A stretch of DNA of 32,000 nt from Erysipelotrichaceae bacterium (GTDB lineage: Bacteria; Bacillota_I; Bacilli_A; Erysipelotrichales; Erysipelotrichaceae), in NCBI GenBank assembly GCA_030604855.1, contig JAUVVC010000002.1:60001-92000 (forward strand). Reading direction: 5' to 3'. Below, piece by piece: positions 11,102 to 19,996 of the stretch. Every line of letters begins with the position of its first letter. Position 1 is the stretch's first letter. The position numbers and the translations under genes were made by a program. Under the pieces are notes generated by a model, which searched no databases, was not told the DNA's origin, and saw only the letters and a list, made by a program, of their open reading frames with translations.

Positions 11102-13132
11102 ATGATTGAAATCAGTAATATCAATAAAAAATATACCAGTAAAACGAAAGAGGATGTTTTGGCAATCCAAGATGTCAATCTCAAGTTCAACACAACAGGT
11201 TTGGTTTTCATTTTAGGGAAGAGTGGCAGTGGGAAATCAACGTTTTTAAATATCTTGGGAGGTTTGGATTCCGCGAACACCAGCCGTATCTTCATCAATG
11301 GTAAGAAGCTCAATCGTTTCAATGAGACAATCTTATCGGAGTATCGCAATACCTACATCGGCTTTGTGTTTCAGGAATACAACCTCTTGGATAATTTGAA
11401 CGTTTATGACAATGTCGCACTGGCGTTGGAGATGCAGAATAAGGTTGTGGATCCAGATACCGTCAAAGATATCTTGAAAAAAGTCGATCTGGAAGGTTTT
11501 GAAGAACGTGAGTTGGATGAACTTTCTGGTGGCCAGAAACAACGTGTCGCTGTGGCACGGGCCTTGGTCAAGAATCCTGAGGTCATTCTTGCGGATGAGC
11601 CAACTGGAAACTTGGACAGTGAGACCTCTGAGCAAATCTTTGAGTTATTCAAAGAAATCAGCAAGAAGAAGTTGGTCATCTGTGTATCCCATGATGCGGA
11701 GTATGCATATAAATATGCGGATCGCATCATCGAAATCAGTGATGGTCGTGTCATTCGGGATACCCAACCCGATGTGGTGGATGATGATTATCTGGCACCG
11801 GAGATGATCCGACCGGTCTTACCGAATAAATTCGTGTTGAACATGGGCTTGGGCAACATCTTGAATAATAAATTGAGGATGATCGTGACTTCGGTCATCG
11901 TAGCCTTCCTGATGGCGATTCTAACGGCTGTCTATGCGACCTTAAGTGTTTCACCGAGTGTGGACATGGAATTATTTAAAGCCAGTAAGATGAATCATCT
12001 GTGGATGACATCACGGAACAGTGAGACGATTTTGATTGAAGGGGACCGTTTGGTCAAGATTCAAACCGTCTTACCAGATTATGGTGCTCTGTTGTACAAA
12101 CGCCAAGCTATTGTTGAGAATGGGACTTTGCTTACGATCAATGCGTTGCCGTTGACTCTGGATGCGAACAGTCTACAGAATCCACTCACACGCACTTTAG
12201 ACGCCGGTAAAGTGGATGTCATCAAGGCTTTACCCTTGCATTTTGTCGAAGCAGGTGTGGGTAGTCATCTCTATGATGATTTGATTGGAAATGAACCAAG
12301 CAATAATCAAGAAGTCGTCATTTCAAGTTATCTAGCGGATCTCTTCATTCGCAGTGGTATGCTTGTCGAAGGCGAAATGCAGCGTTTCACCAGTTATCAA
12401 GATTTGATTTCGAAAGCCCCCGTCATACGTTTAGGGGAAAGTATGAATCTCAAAGTCGTGGGTATCATGGAACATGAGACACCGGTATTGAACAATGAGA
12501 CCATCGCCTTGGAAACGGTCTACTCAAATCTTTATGTACAACGCGGGTTCCTTGCAGCGTCAAGTAAGGAATATCAATTGATGAGTTATGGCATCTTTGT
12601 GACAAATGTCGCAAGTCTACCTGACTTGTTTAAGGGTGTCAAGAATGCAGGTTACATCAATCTCAGACCGATCTATTCGGATACACTTCAGAATTTCACC
12701 CGTTTCGAGTTGGCTTTGTTGATTTCGGTCATCGTACCCTTGATTGGTTATCTGGCTTTGGTCTTTTTGGCCAACTACATCTCCAGCAGTATCCTTTATC
12801 GTAAGAAACAGATCGGAATCTTGCGTGCTTTGGGAAGTTTCATCAGCAATGTCGAACATGTCTTCCGTTTGGAAGCCATCATCGTTGGATTCTTCATCAT
12901 GATCATGGCTTATTTTCTAACCCCGTATTTCGTGGATGTGATGAATTTCGCTTTCATGGTCTACTTTAAAGAAAGTTTCATCTCATTTTATCATTTCTCC
13001 GTCTTCTCGATGGGTTTTGGCAAGATTGTTGAGATTTTCTTACTGCTCAGTGTATTGATTACGATCTTGACGTTCACTTTGACCAACAATATCAATCTGA
13101 TTGATCCGGTCGATGTCATCAATGGACGTTAA
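11102..13132 (+). CDS. Fused ABC ATPase plus FtsX-type permease with large extracytoplasmic domain (MacB architecture)
   Basis: 676 aa with a complete NBD (GKSGSGKST, LSGGQKQR, ILADEPTGNLD). TM1 is followed by a ~260-aa extracytoplasmic region and then three TM helices with RKKQIGILRALG. An AGGAG RBS lies 9 nt after the upstream stop. Confidence 0.85.
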   Translation: MIEISNINKKYTSKTKEDVLAIQDVNLKFNTTGLVFILGKSGSGKSTFLNILGGLDSANTSRIFINGKKLNRFNETILSEYRNTYIGFVFQEYNLLDNLNVYDNVALALEMQNKVVDPDTVKDILKKVDLEGFEERELDELSGGQKQRVAVARALVKNPEVILADEPTGNLDSETSEQIFELFKEISKKKLVICVSHDAEYAYKYADRIIEISDGRVIRDTQPDVVDDDYLAPEMIRPVLPNKFVLNMGLGNILNNKLRMIVTSVIVAFLMAILTAVYATLSVSPSVDMELFKASKMNHLWMTSRNSETILIEGDRLVKIQTVLPDYGALLYKRQAIVENGTLLTINALPLTLDANSLQNPLTRTLDAGKVDVIKALPLHFVEAGVGSHLYDDLIGNEPSNNQEVVISSYLADLFIRSGMLVEGEMQRFTSYQDLISKAPVIRLGESMNLKVVGIMEHETPVLNNETIALETVYSNLYVQRGFLAASSKEYQLMSYGIFVTNVASLPDLFKGVKNAGYINLRPIYSDTLQNFTRFELALLISVIVPLIGYLALVFLANYISSSILYRKKQIGILRALGSFISNVEHVFRLEAIIVGFFIMIMAYFLTPYFVDVMNFAFMVYFKESFISFYHFSVFSMGFGKIVEIFLLLSVLITILTFTLTNNINLIDPVDVINGR

Positions 13133-13159
13133 AGCCACCTTGCGGTGGCTTATTTTTTT
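13132..13159 (+). terminator. Intrinsic terminator after the MacB-like gene, overlapping the mscS stop codon
   Basis: AAGCCACC-ttgc-GGTGGCTT stem-loop followed by a T7 run. On the minus strand only TTT follows the hairpin. Confidence 0.75.
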
Positions 13160-14025
13160 AGAATGATGTTTTGGTAAGGGTAAGGAATCTCGATGCCTTC
13201 TTTATTGAAACGCTTTAGGATGCTTTCACGAAGATCCGCCAGCAGAACGAAGGCATCTCCATTGTTCTTCGCCCATAAGGTGATTCTCAATTCCACCTCA
13301 CTGTTGCCAAGGCGAGATACAATGACTTTCAATTGTGGCACACCCTCTTTGATGTCTTTCTTGGATCGTGCATCAATCAAAAGGGGATGTTTCTTAGCTT
13401 CATCTAACAAGATGGCTCGGGCTTTGTCGATATCTGCGGTATAGGCCACATTGATGGTGAAGAAGCGGCAGGCTTGTTTATCTTTGATGTCACGATTCTC
13501 GATGATGGCTTTATTGATGACGCTGTTGGGAACGATGACGCGATTGTTTTCAAAGGTTTTGATGACCACATGTCGAAGGGTGATATCTTCTACGGTACCG
13601 ATGATGTTTTCATTGGGTAAATTGACCAAATCGCCAACGGAGAAGGGTCTGAAGAAAGAAATGAAGAAACCAGAGATGATGTTTGAGAAGGCTTCCTGAG
13701 CTGCAAAACCAATGATCAGAACCGCAACCCCTGAACTTGCCAAAAGTGATATGGCGACTTCACTAAGTGGAATGATTTGAACCGAGATTCCAAATACCAA
13801 AATCGTATAAACAATGGCTTTGATGATGCGATAAATGAAAATGAAGTTGGTTTCATCCAGTTTGTTTCGCTTTAGGAAACGATTCAAGATGATGTGCACG
13901 ACCTTGAGTAAGATCCATGAACTGACCAACATGAACAGGACAGAGAGTGAAAATTGGAGTAAACCACCTTTTAAAATGTTTTCAAGCACAACTTGTGTGC
14001 GGACTTCGTTGTATAATTGTTCCAT
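13150..14025 (-). CDS. mscS: Small-conductance mechanosensitive channel (MscS family)
   Basis: 291 aa with three N-terminal TM helices, a pore-helix-like GFAAQEAFSNIISGFFI block, and a beta-domain block FSVGDLV...GTVEDITLRHVVIKT. Confidence 0.88.
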   Translation of the reverse strand: MEQLYNEVRTQVVLENILKGGLLQFSLSVLFMLVSSWILLKVVHIILNRFLKRNKLDETNFIFIYRIIKAIVYTILVFGISVQIIPLSEVAISLLASSGVAVLIIGFAAQEAFSNIISGFFISFFRPFSVGDLVNLPNENIIGTVEDITLRHVVIKTFENNRVIVPNSVINKAIIENRDIKDKQACRFFTINVAYTADIDKARAILLDEAKKHPLLIDARSKKDIKEGVPQLKVIVSRLGNSEVELRITLWAKNNGDAFVLLADLRESILKRFNKEGIEIPYPYQNIILKK

Positions 14026-14073
14026 GCATAAAGTTTAACAATTTTGATGAATAATGCAAATGAAAGGTGTTCT

Positions 14074-15219
14074 ATGTTAGCAATCGGCTTGATGTCAGGC
14101 ACATCCTTGGATGGTGTGGATGCAGTATTGTGTGAGATTTCAGGACCCATGGATCAGCTGTCTTTGAAACAGTTGGATTTCATGACACTTCCTTTTGAAG
14201 AGGGTGTGAAAGATCGCATTCGAATGGTTATCAAGGGTGAGCACATTCACACACAACTGGTGTGTAGTTTGAACTTTGAACTGGGGCACCTCTTTAGTCA
14301 GGCAGTCAAAACAATGTTGGATAAACATGGTTTGAAGGGAAGCGATGTGCGCTTCGTAGCCAATCATGGTCAAACGCTTTATCATCTTCCAAAAGCAGAA
14401 CATCCTTATGTTCCTTCGACCCTTCAAATGGGCGAATCAGCCATCATCGCTTATGAGAATCAAGTGGATGTCATCGATGATTTCAGAGTTATGGATATGG
14501 CAGCTAAAGGGGAAGGGGCTCCTTTGGTTCCTTTCAGTGAGATGCTATTGTATCGCAAGCCGGGTGAAGTCATCGCTCTGCAAAACATCGGTGGCATCAG
14601 CAATGTGACAATTATTGGAGACGATTTTGTTCAAGCTTTTGATTGTGGTCCCGGAAACATGATGATCGATGAAGCCATGCGTCATTTCTATGGTTTACCC
14701 TACGATGCGAAGGGCACTTGTGCCGCATCTTCTCCCATCGATGAAACCTTATTCAATGAACTGGTCAAACACCCTTATTTAGATCGTATACCTCCCAAAA
14801 GCACAGGTCGTGAGGATTTTGGAGAGGCTTTTGTCATGGAAATCATCCGTCGTCATCCTACACTAAAAGCTGATCAAATCATTTCCACCTTCACACACTT
14901 CACAGCTTATTGCATCGCCGATAGCATCCAACGTTTCAGTCATCGTTTACCCACATCCTTGATCGTGGGAGGTGGCGGTGCCTATAACGATGAACTCATG
15001 CGTCGCATTCAAGCATTTTTACCCCATATCGATGTGAAGACACAGGAAGCGTATGGCTTTTCCAGTGAAGCAAAAGAGGCCATCGCCTTTGTCATATTAG
15101 GGTATGCTTTCTTGAATCGTGTCCCAGCCAATGTGCCTTCGGCAACCGGTGCGCAGAAGCGAGTCATTCTTGGCAAACTCACACCCAATCCATTTACGGA
15201 TTCGCTTTACTTATATTAG
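14074..15219 (+). CDS. anmK: Anhydro-N-acetylmuramic acid kinase
   Basis: The N-terminus GLMSGTSLDGVDA is the AnmK hallmark, with later IGGISN and GPGN blocks. I prefer the ATG at 14074 (RBS GAAAGG) to the TTG at 14044 in the ORF track. Confidence 0.88.
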   Translation: MLAIGLMSGTSLDGVDAVLCEISGPMDQLSLKQLDFMTLPFEEGVKDRIRMVIKGEHIHTQLVCSLNFELGHLFSQAVKTMLDKHGLKGSDVRFVANHGQTLYHLPKAEHPYVPSTLQMGESAIIAYENQVDVIDDFRVMDMAAKGEGAPLVPFSEMLLYRKPGEVIALQNIGGISNVTIIGDDFVQAFDCGPGNMMIDEAMRHFYGLPYDAKGTCAASSPIDETLFNELVKHPYLDRIPPKSTGREDFGEAFVMEIIRRHPTLKADQIISTFTHFTAYCIADSIQRFSHRLPTSLIVGGGGAYNDELMRRIQAFLPHIDVKTQEAYGFSSEAKEAIAFVILGYAFLNRVPANVPSATGAQKRVILGKLTPNPFTDSLYLY

Positions 15220-15261
15220 GAGAATGATAAAATGGATTCATGTTTTTAAGAGGAAACGCAT

Positions 15262-16284
15262 ATGACACATTTTGAGAATGGCTTGTATATACCAGAAAAC
15301 TACCACCATCCTTTGAACATCCGTGAAACCGAAATCGCAATCAAGAAAATCAAGGATTTCTTTGAACATGCACTTGCGGAACAATTGCTTCTGACCCGTG
15401 TGTCTGCTCCTTTATTCGTACGTAAGAACACCGGCTTGAATGATGACTTGAACGGCATTGAACGTCCTGTCGGCTTTGATATGAAGGGCAGTCCTGAGGA
15501 TTGGATTGAAATCGTTCATTCCCTTGCGAAATGGAAACGCAATGCGCTGAAGCGCTATGGCTTCAATACCGGTGAAGGCTTATATACCGATATGAATGCG
15601 ATTCGCAGAGATGAGGATTTGGATAATCTTCATTCCATCTATGTCGATCAATGGGATTGGGAGAAAAGTATCGAAGTCAAAGATCGTACGAAAGATTATT
15701 TAAAAACCACGGTTGAAATCATATTTCAAGTCATGAAGGATACGGAAGCGTATGTACATTCACTCTACCCGATGATCGAGCCCATCTTACCTCAAAACAT
15801 CCAATTCGTTTCAACGCAGGAACTTGAAGATCAATATCCCGATTTGACGCCAAAAGAGCGTGAAGATGCGATCTCGAAGTTGTGGGGTGCGGTCTTTATC
15901 TCTCAGATCGGTCACACCTTGAACTCGGGCATCCGGCATGATGGTCGTGCTCCGGATTATGATGATTGGAATTTGAATGGAGACATCTTGGTGTATCATC
16001 CTGTTTTAGAGAGAGCATTTGAACTGTCTTCCATGGGTATCCGTGTGGATGAGAACAGTCTGGCGGAACAGTGTAGCTTAGCGAATTGCGTCAGTCGTTT
16101 GGATTATCCTTTCCATCAAGCCATCCTGCGTAAACATCTACCATACTCCATCGGCGGTGGCATTGGACAATCCCGTTTGTGCATGTACTTCTTACGTAAG
16201 GCGCATATAGGTGAAGTCCAAGCATCGATTTGGCCCAGTGAGATGGAAGAGCGTTGTCTGTCTTATAATATTCGACTCTTGTAA
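15262..16284 (+). CDS. asnA: Aspartate-ammonia ligase (asparagine synthetase A)
   Basis: 340 aa with class-II synthetase-like AsnA blocks [15 protein letters not shown] and [16 protein letters not shown]. Confidence 0.92.
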   Translation: MTHFENGLYIPENYHHPLNIRETEIAIKKIKDFFEHALAEQLLLTRVSAPLFVRKNTGLNDDLNGIERPVGFDMKGSPEDWIEIVHSLAKWKRNALKRYGFNTGEGLYTDMNAIRRDEDLDNLHSIYVDQWDWEKSIEVKDRTKDYLKTTVEIIFQVMKDTEAYVHSLYPMIEPILPQNIQFVSTQELEDQYPDLTPKEREDAISKLWGAVFISQIGHTLNSGIRHDGRAPDYDDWNLNGDILVYHPVLERAFELSSMGIRVDENSLAEQCSLANCVSRLDYPFHQAILRKHLPYSIGGGIGQSRLCMYFLRKAHIGEVQASIWPSEMEERCLSYNIRLL

Positions 16285-16309
16285 GATACTGTTCATTCAG
16301 TATCTTTTT
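16285..16309 (+). terminator. Intrinsic terminator after asnA
   Basis: GATACTG-ttcatt-CAGTATC followed by TTTTT, starting immediately after the TAA stop. Confidence 0.7.
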
Positions 16310-16379
16310 CATTCTACTGATTTCCAGTAGAATCCCTTTCACAAAATGCGTTATAATTGATGCAACATAGGAGAGTGCA

Positions 16380-17195
16380 ATGTTAAGTAATCAAGAACTG
16401 GCAAAGATTGCCAAACGGATCCGTAGAAACATCATCAAAATGGTCACGAACGCAAAGTCCGGACACATCGGGGGTGCTTTTTCAGCCACGGAAATCGCCG
16501 TGTCTCTGTATTTCAATGAAATGAACATCACAGCTGAGAACGTCAAGGATAAAGCTCGCGATAAGTTCGTCTTATCCAAGGGTCATGCCTCGGCTTTATT
16601 GTTTGCGGTTTTGAGTGAGAAAGGCTTTTTACCTGAAGAGGAACTTCTGACCTTTAGAAAGATCAATTCAAACCTACAGGGACATCCCAACATGAACTAT
16701 GTGACAGGTGTGGACATGTCCACCGGGTCCTTAGGACAAGGATTGTCGACCGCTGTCGGCATGGCCTTATCGTATAAACTCCATCAGCAGGATTTCAGAG
16801 TGTATTCAATTGTCGGAGACGGTGAGAGTGAAGAGGGACAGATTTGGGAAGCAGCGATGGCTGCGGCGCATTATAAATTGGACAACCTCTGTGCCATCTT
16901 GGATATGAATGGATTACAGATCGATGGGGATGTGACGGAAGTCATGAATCCATTCCCTTTAGATAAGAAGTTTGAAGCCTTTGGCTGGCATGTCTTGCAT
17001 GTGGATGGACATGATTATGATCAACTCCATCATGCTTATGCGCAAGCACGTACCCTTAAGGGCAAACCGACGATGATCATTGCCAAGACGGTCAAAGGCA
17101 AGGGTGTCAGCTTCATGGAGAATGATTATATGTGGCATGGGGTCGCACCGAGTGCTGAACAAGCTGAAGCAGCCTTGAAAGAATTGGAGGACTAA
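16380..17195 (+). CDS. tkt: Transketolase, N-terminal (TPP-binding) subunit
   Basis: 271 aa with HIGGAFS, SKGHA and GDGESEEGQIWEA, typical of split transketolases. Confidence 0.92.
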   Translation: MLSNQELAKIAKRIRRNIIKMVTNAKSGHIGGAFSATEIAVSLYFNEMNITAENVKDKARDKFVLSKGHASALLFAVLSEKGFLPEEELLTFRKINSNLQGHPNMNYVTGVDMSTGSLGQGLSTAVGMALSYKLHQQDFRVYSIVGDGESEEGQIWEAAMAAAHYKLDNLCAILDMNGLQIDGDVTEVMNPFPLDKKFEAFGWHVLHVDGHDYDQLHHAYAQARTLKGKPTMIIAKTVKGKGVSFMENDYMWHGVAPSAEQAEAALKELED

Positions 17196-17198
17196 GTC

Positions 17199-18131
17199 AT
17201 GGCAAAAATGGCAACTCGTGAAGCCTACGGTAAAGCGTTGGCTGAACTCGTCTGTGAGAATCCTAAAGTCGTCGTATTGGATGCGGACTTGAGCAAGTCC
17301 ACCAAGACCGCCGATGCGAAAGCCGTCTGTCCGGAACGTCACTTTAATGTGGGCATCGCAGAAGGCAATATGATGGGGATCGCGGCGGGTTTAGCGACCT
17401 GTGGCAATATCGTCTACGCAAGCTCGTTTGCGATGTTTGCGGCAGGACGTGCGTATGAACAAGTGCGCAACTCTATTGGGTACACCCATCTGAATGTGAA
17501 GATCTGTGCGACACACGCAGGCATCACCTTGGGTGAGGATGGGGCCTCCCACCAATCCATTGAAGACATCGCCTTGATGCGCAGTATTCCTGGCATGACG
17601 GTCTTACAACCGAGCGATGACATCGAAACGAAACAGATGATCAAAGCGATCAGTGAAATGAATGGGCCGTGTTATGTGCGCTTAGGAAGAAGTGCTGTAG
17701 AAACCGTTAACGCAGAAGATTACAAATATGAATTGGGCAAGGGTGTCGTTCTTCGTGAAGGCAAAGACATCACGTTGATTGCCACGGGCATGATGGTTCA
17801 AGAAGCGATGAAAGCAGCTGCATTATTGGCTGAACAAGGTATCGAAGTTTCTGTCATCAACATCCATACGATCAAACCTTTGGATGAAGCACTTATCTTA
17901 AAATATGCTCAACGTTCCAAACTGGTCGTGACCTGTGAGGAACACTCGAAGTTTGGTGGTTTGGGTTCTGCAGTAGCGGAAACCTTGAGTAAGAATCATC
18001 CTACCAAGATGGCGATGGTGGCCATCAATGACACCTTTGGTGAGAGCGGGACACCCGCTGCACTGATCGAGAAATATGGCTTGACGGCGAAAGATGTCTT
18101 CAACACTGTAATGAATTCCATCCAACCTTAG
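17199..18131 (+). CDS. tkt: Transketolase, C-terminal (pyrimidine-binding) subunit
   Basis: 310 aa with FNVGIAEGNM and GEDGASHQSIEDIA blocks. It starts 3 nt after the N-terminal subunit's stop. Confidence 0.92.
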   Translation: MAKMATREAYGKALAELVCENPKVVVLDADLSKSTKTADAKAVCPERHFNVGIAEGNMMGIAAGLATCGNIVYASSFAMFAAGRAYEQVRNSIGYTHLNVKICATHAGITLGEDGASHQSIEDIALMRSIPGMTVLQPSDDIETKQMIKAISEMNGPCYVRLGRSAVETVNAEDYKYELGKGVVLREGKDITLIATGMMVQEAMKAAALLAEQGIEVSVINIHTIKPLDEALILKYAQRSKLVVTCEEHSKFGGLGSAVAETLSKNHPTKMAMVAINDTFGESGTPAALIEKYGLTAKDVFNTVMNSIQP

Positions 18132-18148
18132 CATTGCTAAGGTTTTTT
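18124..18148 (+). terminator. Intrinsic terminator after transketolase, overlapping its stop codon
   Basis: CCTTAGC-att-GCTAAGG followed by TTTTTT. Confidence 0.7.
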
Positions 18149-18160
18149 AATGCATAAAAT

Positions 18161-18189
18161 TTGAATATTCCAATTTTAAGTGATACAGT
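18161..18189 (+). promoter_or_regulatory. Candidate sigma-A promoter of the B12-domain/LolCDE-like operon
   Basis: TTGAAT (18161-18166), 17-nt spacer ending in TGa (extended -10), TACAGT (18184-18189). It lies just downstream of the tkt terminator. Confidence 0.45.
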
Positions 18190-18227
18190 TTAATGGTTAA
18201 TAAGCTTAACTAATAAAGGGGGTTCAC

Positions 18228-18860
18228 ATGCCACTATTTGAAGAGTTTAATCGTGCATTTCAAGCTTTGGATCAAGAACACTGCATCCAATTGACGTATG
18301 ATGCTTTATCCAATGAAATCATCAGCGTTGAAGACTTATATGAGAATGTATTACGTAAAGCGTTATCGGTACTGACGGATAAAGAGACGGATCCCACTCA
18401 CAAGATCTGGAGAGAGCATGTTCAATCGTCCATAGTTCGAACCATCATCGAAATGACCTATCCTTTTGTCATAAAACAACGCATTGAGATTTTAAATAAA
18501 AAAGCTGCTGTCGTATGTCCGGATGGTGAACAACATGAATTGGGTGCGCGCATGGTCAGTGACTATCTGAGGATGCTCGGGTATGAGACCTATTTTGTAG
18601 GACGAGATACACCCCGTTTGGAGTTTTTGGACATGATCAAGACCTTGAACTTGGATGTCGTGGCCATCAGTGTCACCAATTACTACAATCTATCCAAAGC
18701 GCTTCAAACCGTTGTGGATGTCAAAGAGCATTTTCCGGAAGTGACTTTGGTTGCGGGTGGACGCGGCTTGGATGCGAATGCGGAAGTCTTGGTTAAGCAC
18801 GATGTCTTGATCACCCATGATCTTAATGATTTGAAGCGTATTTTAGGAGGAAACGCATGA
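18228..18860 (+). CDS. Stand-alone cobalamin-binding-domain protein (helical cap plus Rossmann B12 domain, CarH-like, no DNA-binding domain)
   Basis: 210 aa with no signal peptide or TM helix. An N-terminal helical region contains an REH dyad. The ExHxxG variant of the lower-ligand motif (GEQHELG, nt 18528-18545) is followed by VVAISV and LVAGGRG blocks. Its stop overlaps the next gene's start (ATGA). Confidence 0.7.
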   Translation: MPLFEEFNRAFQALDQEHCIQLTYDALSNEIISVEDLYENVLRKALSVLTDKETDPTHKIWREHVQSSIVRTIIEMTYPFVIKQRIEILNKKAAVVCPDGEQHELGARMVSDYLRMLGYETYFVGRDTPRLEFLDMIKTLNLDVVAISVTNYYNLSKALQTVVDVKEHFPEVTLVAGGRGLDANAEVLVKHDVLITHDLNDLKRILGGNA

Positions 18861-19996
18861 AACTCGCTTATTCAATTGCCAAGCGTTTTCTTGGTTATAA
18901 CAAAGGTCAGACGATTCTGATTGCGGTGGGCATCGCAATCGGTGTTTCGGTACAGATCTTCATCGGTCTATTGATTACAGGTCTGCAGGACAGTTTGATT
19001 GATAAGACGGTCGGCAGCACACCCCACATCACGATCACGCAAGAAGATGAAACAAGTTTTGAAGAATTCATGATTGATGGCGGCTCATTTACTGCGGTCG
19101 CGTATCAAGCGGAAGGTCCGGCGTTTGCCTTAAGTGAGAATGACGATGCGTCTGTCTTGCTTAGAGGTTTGAGTGCCGATGGGGATAAATTATACAAATT
19201 AAGCGAGAAATTGATCGAAGGCAGGATGCCAAGCGCAATGAACGAAGTCATCTTGGGTTCAGGCCTGTCGGAAAAGTTGGATGTGAGCTTGAATGATGAG
19301 TTGACATTGCGGACCATAACGAATCAAAGTGTTGTAGTGAACATCGTAGGCATCGTCGATCTCAAAGTCGATGCCATCAACAATTCCTGGGTCTTAGCAA
19401 CCTTAGCAACGGCACAAAGTCTATTCGAACTCAAGGATGAGATCACATCCATCGCCATCCAAGTCGAAGATGTGTTTGAGGCCGATGTCTTGGCGGAAGG
19501 GATCATGACATTTGAGCGTGTGAATGAGCAGAATTTGAGCGTTGTGAACTGGAAGGATCAGAATGAAGATCTCTTAAGTGGTTTGAATGGACAAAGCATC
19601 TCAAGCCTCATGATCCAGGTGTTTGTCTTGGTCTCTGTGGTTTTGGGCATCGCCAGTGTTCTTGCGATCACCGTCTTACAAAAATCAAAGCAAATCGGTA
19701 TTTTGAAAGCTATGGGCATCACAGATAAGACAGCCAGTTGGATCTTTTTGTTTCAAGGTTTATTGCTGGGATTCTGGGGTGCGATCCTTGGGGTATTGTT
19801 TGGGGTGGGACTGCTCTTATCCTTTACAACTTTCGCACGAAATCCAGATGGTAGTGCATTGATTCCAATCGCTTTTGATCCTGTGTTCATCGCATTCTCA
19901 GGTTCCATCGCCATTTTTTCAGCATTGCTTGCGTCTTTCATACCTGCTCAACGTTCGAAGAAGTTGAGCCCAATCGAGGTCATTCGCAATGGATAA
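18857..19996 (+). CDS. LolC/E-like FtsX-family ABC permease with extracytoplasmic domain
   Basis: 379 aa. TM1 is followed by a ~210-aa extracytoplasmic domain and three C-terminal TM helices with KSKQIGILKAMG. Confidence 0.85.
   Translation: MKLAYSIAKRFLGYNKGQTILIAVGIAIGVSVQIFIGLLITGLQDSLIDKTVGSTPHITITQEDETSFEEFMIDGGSFTAVAYQAEGPAFALSENDDASVLLRGLSADGDKLYKLSEKLIEGRMPSAMNEVILGSGLSEKLDVSLNDELTLRTITNQSVVVNIVGIVDLKVDAINNSWVLATLATAQSLFELKDEITSIAIQVEDVFEADVLAEGIMTFERVNEQNLSVVNWKDQNEDLLSGLNGQSISSLMIQVFVLVSVVLGIASVLAITVLQKSKQIGILKAMGITDKTASWIFLFQGLLLGFWGAILGVLFGVGLLLSFTTFARNPDGSALIPIAFDPVFIAFSGSIAIFSALLASFIPAQRSKKLSPIEVIRNG

Noticed and set aside
18149-18227. Possible cobalamin riboswitch upstream of the B12-binding-domain gene.
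   Set aside because: Only ~80 nt separate the terminator from the start codon, and about 40 nt lie after the candidate -10 element. That is far too short for a cobalamin riboswitch, and I see no B12-box-like sequence.
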